NCBI GenBank assembly: GCA_947500775.1
Contig: CANMTD010000005.1
Coordinates: forward strand, 132,676 to 196,675
Reading direction: 5' to 3'
DNA from: an uncultured Rhodobacteraceae bacterium
GTDB lineage: Bacteria > Pseudomonadota > Alphaproteobacteria > Rhodobacterales > Rhodobacteraceae
Length of the DNA stretch: 64,000 bases
Shown here: positions 58,828 to 64,000 of the stretch, one piece after another
How positions within the stretch are numbered: the first letter of the stretch is position 1
Layout of the letters: each line of letters begins with the position of its first letter
Notes under the pieces: model-generated
Told to the model about the DNA's origin: nothing
Databases searched by the model: none
What the model saw: only the letters and a program-made list of their open reading frames with translations
Translations under genes and position numbers: made by a program

Positions 58828-59246
58828 GCGACACAGACGCCGATCTGTTTCTGGAAGCACAGGACACGGTCTGGACCGATGTCCTGGCCGAGTTGGAATC
58901 TGGCAAAAAGACAAGCCACTGGATCTGGTTTGTCTTTCCGCAACTGGCGGCATTGGGCCAATCCAATGCCTCGCAGCTTTATGGAATTCATGATCTGGCC
59001 GAGGCGCGGGCCTATCTGGATCATCCGCAACTGCGCGACCGGCTGGTGCAGGTCAGCCGCCTGATGCTGGGCCATGCGGGGACCGATCCCGTTGATATCC
59101 TTGGCGATATCGACGCGGTAAAGCTGCGGTCCTGCATGACGCTGTTTGCCCGTGTGCCCGGCGCGCCTGGCGAATTCGATCAGGTGCTTGCCGCGTTTTA
59201 TGGCGGTGATCCCTGCCCAAAAACGATCGCCCTGCTGGGCGGATGA
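58824..59246 (+). CDS. DUF1810-family protein
   Basis: Contains [39 protein letters not shown] and [12 protein letters not shown], the family signature as I recall it. ATGA overlap with argG. Confidence 0.75.
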   Translation: MSDTDADLFLEAQDTVWTDVLAELESGKKTSHWIWFVFPQLAALGQSNASQLYGIHDLAEARAYLDHPQLRDRLVQVSRLMLGHAGTDPVDILGDIDAVKLRSCMTLFARVPGAPGEFDQVLAAFYGGDPCPKTIALLGG

Positions 59247-59333
59247 CCGCGACGCAACGTCGCCGCCCAAGCCGCTTGCCAACCCCCTGCCCGGTTTCCT
59301 AGCACCCTGTCCAACGGGAAAAGGGAACTGGGC

Positions 59334-59615
59334 ATGATTCAGGAAATTGCAGACCGCATTCAGACCGGGCTGGCCGGCAAAAGCTTTGACGGGTCGTTGA
59401 AATTCGATTGCGGCGAGGATGGGGTGATCGTTCTGGCTGACAATCAGGCCACAACGCAGGACCGCGACACCGCCTGCACCATCCGCCTGTCCACCGAAAA
59501 CCTGAAAAAGCTGTTGGCGGGCAAACTGAACCCGATGACCGGGGTAATGATGGGCAAGCTGAAACTGTCGGGCGATATGGCGGTTGCGATGAAGCTGGGG
59601 CAGTTGCTGAAATAG
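59334..59615 (+). CDS. SCP2 sterol-carrier-like domain protein
   Basis: 93 aa with the typical SCP2 C-terminus LLAGKLNPMTGVMMGKLKLSGDMAVAMKL. Confidence 0.75.
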   Translation: MIQEIADRIQTGLAGKSFDGSLKFDCGEDGVIVLADNQATTQDRDTACTIRLSTENLKKLLAGKLNPMTGVMMGKLKLSGDMAVAMKLGQLLK

Positions 59616-59619
59616 CCTG

Positions 59620-60336
59620 CTAAATCTTCTGCGCCTTCATCTTTTCGTAAAACGGCAATGCGGCCTGCAACACGCCCTGCAGGTCGTCCGGCACCTTGGG
59701 CAGGGGCCCTTCCGGATCGGCAAAACCGGTGCTGTTCCAAACGGCCCCGTACCAATGCGCGGCCCAGACGCCGTCACCCGGATGGCCGCCCCGGGGCCAG
59801 CTCAGCATTTTTTCGGTGAAGGTGATGCCGATGGCATCGCACAATTGTTTCAGCATCCCGGCGGGATCGTCGCGGATGTCGTGGCTGTCGATCACAATCG
59901 GGGCGCCGCCCCATTCCGCCACCTGATCGAACAATTCGGCCTGCTGCCGGAACCCGATATCGTCCAGAGTTGGGTTTTCACGTTTCGCGGCATAGCTGGC
60001 AATCACCCGCGCCGGGTGACGGATCAGAAAGACGTTGGTCACCTGTTTCATCCAGTCGCGCGGGGCGCCGGGGATCATGTGCTGGGTCATGTGTTTTTGA
60101 TAAAACAGGCTCTGTTCCTGCGGAATATCGCCCGCGCACTGCGCCGCCACAACCGCAGGATCGCATTCCCCATCCGCGATGATCGCATCGCGCATCGGGT
60201 GATCCAGCCCGGTCATCGACAGATAGGCCGCATAAAACGGTTCATCCCGTACCGCGCAATCGCCACGCGCGGCAAAGGCGTACATCATCGCCGTCGACAG
60301 GTTGCGCGGCCCCGACCACATTGCAATCCGCATCAT
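59620..60336 (-). CDS. Sulfotransferase-like P-loop protein
   Basis: Begins MMRIAMWSGPRNLSTAMMYAF (PSB-loop-like), with FLIRHPARVIASY (RxPxxxxxS 3'-PB-like). 238 aa. Confidence 0.55.
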   Translation of the reverse strand: MMRIAMWSGPRNLSTAMMYAFAARGDCAVRDEPFYAAYLSMTGLDHPMRDAIIADGECDPAVVAAQCAGDIPQEQSLFYQKHMTQHMIPGAPRDWMKQVTNVFLIRHPARVIASYAAKRENPTLDDIGFRQQAELFDQVAEWGGAPIVIDSHDIRDDPAGMLKQLCDAIGITFTEKMLSWPRGGHPGDGVWAAHWYGAVWNSTGFADPEGPLPKVPDDLQGVLQAALPFYEKMKAQKI

Positions 60337-60494
60337 CTTTGCCCCCTTTGATCGGCGCCACGCTATGGCCGGTTTCCGCCGGTGCCAAGCCCGAAATGTT
60401 GCAGGAAATCGAGCCTTCGTGAGGTCACGGGTTTGTCAGTTTCCCCGTGACAACGCTTGGCCGTAGAGTCCAGGCATTAGTAATGGAGGGTCCC

Positions 60495-61160
60495 ATGACC
60501 ATCGCCTTTCAAGAGTTCAAAGCCATCGCCCTGCTGATTGCCATCACGATCGGCGGCATCATTCAATGCACCTCTGCGCAGGCAGCACCCCTGAAAACCA
60601 CCGTCGTGGCGGGGGGGTGTTTCTGGTGCGTGGAATCTGATTTCGAATCCGTCGAAGGTGTGGACAGCGCGGTGTCCGGTTTTGCCGGGGGAACAACCGT
60701 GAACCCCACCTATAAACAGGTCACACGCGGCGGAACCGGCCATTACGAGGCGGTTCAGATCACCTATGATCCCGATGTGATCAGCTATGCCCAGATCCTG
60801 GACAAATTCTTTCGCTCGGTCGATCCGACGGATGCGGGCGGGCAGTTCTGCGATCGCGGCGACAGCTATCGCACCGCGGTTTTCGTGACGAATGCGACCG
60901 AACGCAAAATCGCCGAAGCCGCGATTGCCGCCGCCGGAAAAGAGCTGGGCCAAAAGATCGTCACGCCGATTCTGGACGCGGCCCCGTTTTATCCGGCCGA
61001 AAAATACCATCAGGATTATTACAAGAAGACCGATCTGGTGCTGACCCGGTTCGGCCCGAAATCAAAGGCCGAAGCCTATAAACGTTATCGCAAGGCCTGC
61101 GGGCGCGATGCGCGGGTGCAGCAGTTGTGGGGCGGTGCGGCGGCCTTTGCCACTCACTGA
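60495..61160 (+). CDS. msrA: Peptide-methionine (S)-S-oxide reductase MsrA, exported or membrane-anchored form
   Basis: N-terminal hydrophobic segment [21 protein letters not shown], then the active site [11 protein letters not shown] at 60495 is preceded by GGAGGG. Confidence 0.88.
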   Translation: MTIAFQEFKAIALLIAITIGGIIQCTSAQAAPLKTTVVAGGCFWCVESDFESVEGVDSAVSGFAGGTTVNPTYKQVTRGGTGHYEAVQITYDPDVISYAQILDKFFRSVDPTDAGGQFCDRGDSYRTAVFVTNATERKIAEAAIAAAGKELGQKIVTPILDAAPFYPAEKYHQDYYKKTDLVLTRFGPKSKAEAYKRYRKACGRDARVQQLWGGAAAFATH

Positions 61161-62017
61161 TCTGCCAGAAACGCCATGACATCCGCGCGGGCGGGCATCG
61201 CATCAGCGGCCCCCGGGCGGGTGACCTGAAGCGCGGCGGCGGCCGAGGCATAGCGCAGGGCCCCCGCGCGATCCATGCCCGCGTCCAAAGCGGCGGCAAC
61301 CGATCCGATGAAACAATCCCCCGCGCCGGTGGTATCGACGGGCTGTACCGCAAAGGCCGGGGCCGTCACGGTTTCACCGCCCCGCACCGTCCAGACCGCC
61401 CCATCGGCGCCATGGGTGACGATGGTTTCGGGCACATCGACCGGGCCAAGGGCGGCGGCAAGCTGTTCGGATTCCACCCGGTTCATCACCAGCAGGCTGA
61501 CATGGGGCAGAACGGCGCGCACGGCCTCGACCGAAAAGGGGGCGGCGGAATAGATCACGCGCATCCCCTTGTCCCGCGCCAGTTGGGCGGCAAAAGGTTG
61601 CAGCGTGGTTTCATTCTGCAACAACAGGCTGTCGCCCGGCCCGGCCCCGGCCAAGGCTGCGGCAATCCGCGCCTCGGATTGGTCGGCGTTGGCCCCGGCA
61701 TACAGCACGATGGCGTTTTCACCCTGCGGATCGACGGTAATGATCGCATGGGCGGTCGGCAGATTCAGGGTGGCGATATGGGATGTATCGACGCCGAACC
61801 CCTGCAACCGCTGCACGGTCCAGCCGCCATCCTGCCCGATCGCCCCGATATGCACGGTTGCGGCCCCGCCCAGCGCCGCGGCCACCGATTGGTTCGCGCC
61901 TTTGCCGCCCAACCCGGTGGCATAACTGTCCGCCGCGATGGTTTCCCCCGGCAAGGGCAGATGTGGAACCGTATAGACGTGGTCCACATTGATCGAGCCG
62001 AGGTTGAAAACCGTCAT
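61154..62017 (-). CDS. rbsK: Ribokinase / PfkB-family sugar kinase
   Basis: Begins [15 protein letters not shown]...[12 protein letters not shown], with C-terminal DTTGAGDCF. Confidence 0.8.
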   Translation of the reverse strand: MTVFNLGSINVDHVYTVPHLPLPGETIAADSYATGLGGKGANQSVAAALGGAATVHIGAIGQDGGWTVQRLQGFGVDTSHIATLNLPTAHAIITVDPQGENAIVLYAGANADQSEARIAAALAGAGPGDSLLLQNETTLQPFAAQLARDKGMRVIYSAAPFSVEAVRAVLPHVSLLVMNRVESEQLAAALGPVDVPETIVTHGADGAVWTVRGGETVTAPAFAVQPVDTTGAGDCFIGSVAAALDAGMDRAGALRYASAAAALQVTRPGAADAMPARADVMAFLADQ

Positions 62018-62018
62018 C

Positions 62019-64000
62019 CTAGCCCACCTTGCACGCCGCCAGCAGCGCCATGTTCATCACATCGCTGACCGTCGATCCGGTGGAACAGATCTGAATGGGT
62101 TTGCCGACGCCCGACAGGATCGGGCCGATCACCGTGGCCCCCGCCATTTCCTGCATCAGCTTGACCGAGATCGAGGCCGAATGCCGCGCCGGGACCACCA
62201 GAACATTCGCGGGACCCGAAAGCCGCGCAAAGGGGTATTTCGACATGGCGTCCATATTCAGGGCGACATCGACGGTCATTTCACCTTCGTATTCGAAATC
62301 GACGCCGCGCTGGTCCAGAACCTGCGGCGCGATATGCATCTTGGTCGCGCGTTCGCTGACCGGATAGCCGAAGGTCGAAAAGCTGACAAAGGCAACGCGC
62401 GGTTCCACCCCGAACCCGCGCGCAACGCCTGCGGCCCGTTCGGCGATATTGGCCAGATCGGTCTCATCGGGCCATTCATGCACCAGCGTGTCGGCGATCA
62501 GCACGATCCGACCCTTGTGCAGCAGGGCGGTCACGCCAACGGCGCCATCTTCGGCCTTGGCGTCAAAGACGTGGTTGATCAGTTCCAGCACATGTGCCGA
62601 TTTCCGGGTGGCGCCGGTGACCATCCCGTCGCCATGCCCATGCGCCAGCATCAGCGAGGCGAAAACATGCCGGTCGCGCGACGCAAGCCGGTGCGCATCC
62701 TGCGCATCGAACCCCTGCCGCTGCAGCCGCCGGTACAGAAATTCGCGATACGTGCCCAGATGCCGGGTGTTGGCGGCGTTCACGATCTCCAACTCGCGTG
62801 TCGCGTCGCCCAGACCGACCGATTCCAGCTTTTCCTTCACATCCGCATCGCGCCCGACCACCAGCGCCTTGCCGTATCCGGACCGCTGATAGTTCACCGC
62901 CGCGCGCAGCACCCGCACATCATCGCCTTCGGCAAAGATCATCCGCGCCTGCGCCGCCTTGGCCCGGGCCGAGATCGACCGCAGGATCGTCGCGGTCGGG
63001 TCCATCCGCGCCTTCAGCGATTGTTCGTACCCGTCCAGATCGACAATCGGCCGCCGCGCCACGCCGGTATCCATGCCCGCGCGCGCCACGGCAGGCGGGA
63101 TCACATGGATCAGACGCGGATCGAACGGCGTCGGAATGATATAGTCGCGCCCGAACGACAGTTTGCGGCCATAGGCCATGGCGACCTCATCGGGCACATC
63201 TTCGCGCGCAAGTTCGGCCAAGGCTTCGGCGCAGGCGATTTTCATTTCGTCGTTGATGGCGCGGGCGTGGATGTCCAGCGCCCCACGGAACAGATAGGGA
63301 AACCCAAGCACGTTATTGACCTGATTGGGATAATCCGACCGACCGGTGGCCACGATTGCGTCGGCACGGACGGCATGCGCCTCTTCCGGTGTAATTTCAG
63401 GGTCGGGGTTCGCCATCGCGAAAATCACCGGATCATCGGCCATGCTGGCGACCATTTCGGGCGTCACGGCGCCCTTGGCGGAAACCCCCAGAAAGATATC
63501 GGCGCCATCCATGGCTTCTTCCAATGTGCGGGCATCGGTGCGGGCGGCATGGGCCGATTTCCACTGGTTCATGCCCTCGGTCCGACCCTGATAGATCACG
63601 CCCTTGGTGTCGCACATGATGCAATTGTCATGCTGGGCGCCCATCGCCTTGATCAATTCTAGACAGGCGATGCCGGCGGCCCCGGCGCCGTTCAGAACGA
63701 TCCGGCAATCGGCCAGTTTCTTGCCCGACAGATGCAGCGCGTTGATCAGACCGGCGGCGCAGATCACGGCGGTGCCGTGCTGGTCGTCGTGAAAGACGGG
63801 GATGTCCATCTCTTCTTTCAGGCGCTGTTCGATGATGAAACATTCGGGCGCCTTGATATCCTCAAGGTTCACACCGCCAAAGGTGGGGCCCATCAGCTTG
63901 ACCGCCTGAATGATTTCTTCGGGGTCTTCGGTGTCCAGTTCGATGTCGATGGCGTTGACGTCGGCAAAGCGTTTGAACAGCACCGCCTTGCCTTCCATCA
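62019..64000 (-). CDS. maeB: NADP-dependent malic enzyme (malic enzyme plus phosphate-acetyltransferase-like domain); N-terminus lies beyond the right edge
   Basis: Contains MEGKAVLFKRFADVNAIDIEL, VLNGAGAAGIA and a long PTA-like C-terminal domain. The frame is open to position 64000. Confidence 0.92.
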   Translation of the reverse strand, partial: MEGKAVLFKRFADVNAIDIELDTEDPEEIIQAVKLMGPTFGGVNLEDIKAPECFIIEQRLKEEMDIPVFHDDQHGTAVICAAGLINALHLSGKKLADCRIVLNGAGAAGIACLELIKAMGAQHDNCIMCDTKGVIYQGRTEGMNQWKSAHAARTDARTLEEAMDGADIFLGVSAKGAVTPEMVASMADDPVIFAMANPDPEITPEEAHAVRADAIVATGRSDYPNQVNNVLGFPYLFRGALDIHARAINDEMKIACAEALAELAREDVPDEVAMAYGRKLSFGRDYIIPTPFDPRLIHVIPPAVARAGMDTGVARRPIVDLDGYEQSLKARMDPTATILRSISARAKAAQARMIFAEGDDVRVLRAAVNYQRSGYGKALVVGRDADVKEKLESVGLGDATRELEIVNAANTRHLGTYREFLYRRLQRQGFDAQDAHRLASRDRHVFASLMLAHGHGDGMVTGATRKSAHVLELINHVFDAKAEDGAVGVTALLHKGRIVLIADTLVHEWPDETDLANIAERAAGVARGFGVEPRVAFVSFSTFGYPVSERATKMHIAPQVLDQRGVDFEYEGEMTVDVALNMDAMSKYPFARLSGPANVLVVPARHSASISVKLMQEMAGATVIGPILSGVGKPIQICSTGSTVSDVMNMALLAACKVG

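Overview
High-GC chromosomal segment with alphaproteobacterial, Rhodobacteraceae-type gene content and synteny (assignment inferred from protein sequences only). It is almost entirely coding: about 65 protein genes and one tRNA-Leu(CAG). I saw no rRNA, CRISPR array, transposase, integrase or prophage genes. Recognisable housekeeping blocks are rnd-kdsD-lptC-lptA-lptB-rpoN-hpf-ptsN, dnaK-dnaJ, secA, argJ-mutT, rimP-nusA-ylxR-infB, ubiG, grxC-comF, hemH, cca, hslO, ilvA, argG, msrA and maeB (partial). The main accessory content is a roughly 11 kb minus-strand surface-glycan locus (7125-17467, plus a divergent KpsM-like permease to 18388). It encodes a NodH-like double sulfotransferase, a GT14-like enzyme with a large unknown C-terminal domain, three other glycosyltransferases, galE, galU, kdsB and the PAP phosphatase cysQ, so I read it as a candidate Kdo-containing sulfated glycan pathway that lacks visible polymerase, flippase and export partners. 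The second point of interest is a visibly AT-richer single-gene islet carrying a RhuM-family gene (37919-38962), inserted upstream of the rimP operon. Other items worth a second look are:
- a PstS-like/OmpA fusion paired with an uncharacterised membrane-anchored protein
- a receiver-PP2C phosphatase divergent from a lone Hpt protein
- a lysine-rich N-terminal tail on ArgJ
- a 59-aa exported, tail-anchored peptide
- an L,D-transpeptidase/CAP-domain/L,D-transpeptidase trio
- a recurrent pattern of convergent genes whose stop codons overlap inside CTAG or TTAA palindromes
Many long ORFs in the supplied track are antisense or off-frame shadows typical of high-GC DNA and were rejected. All family assignments come from motif and sequence recognition by eye; no database search was run.
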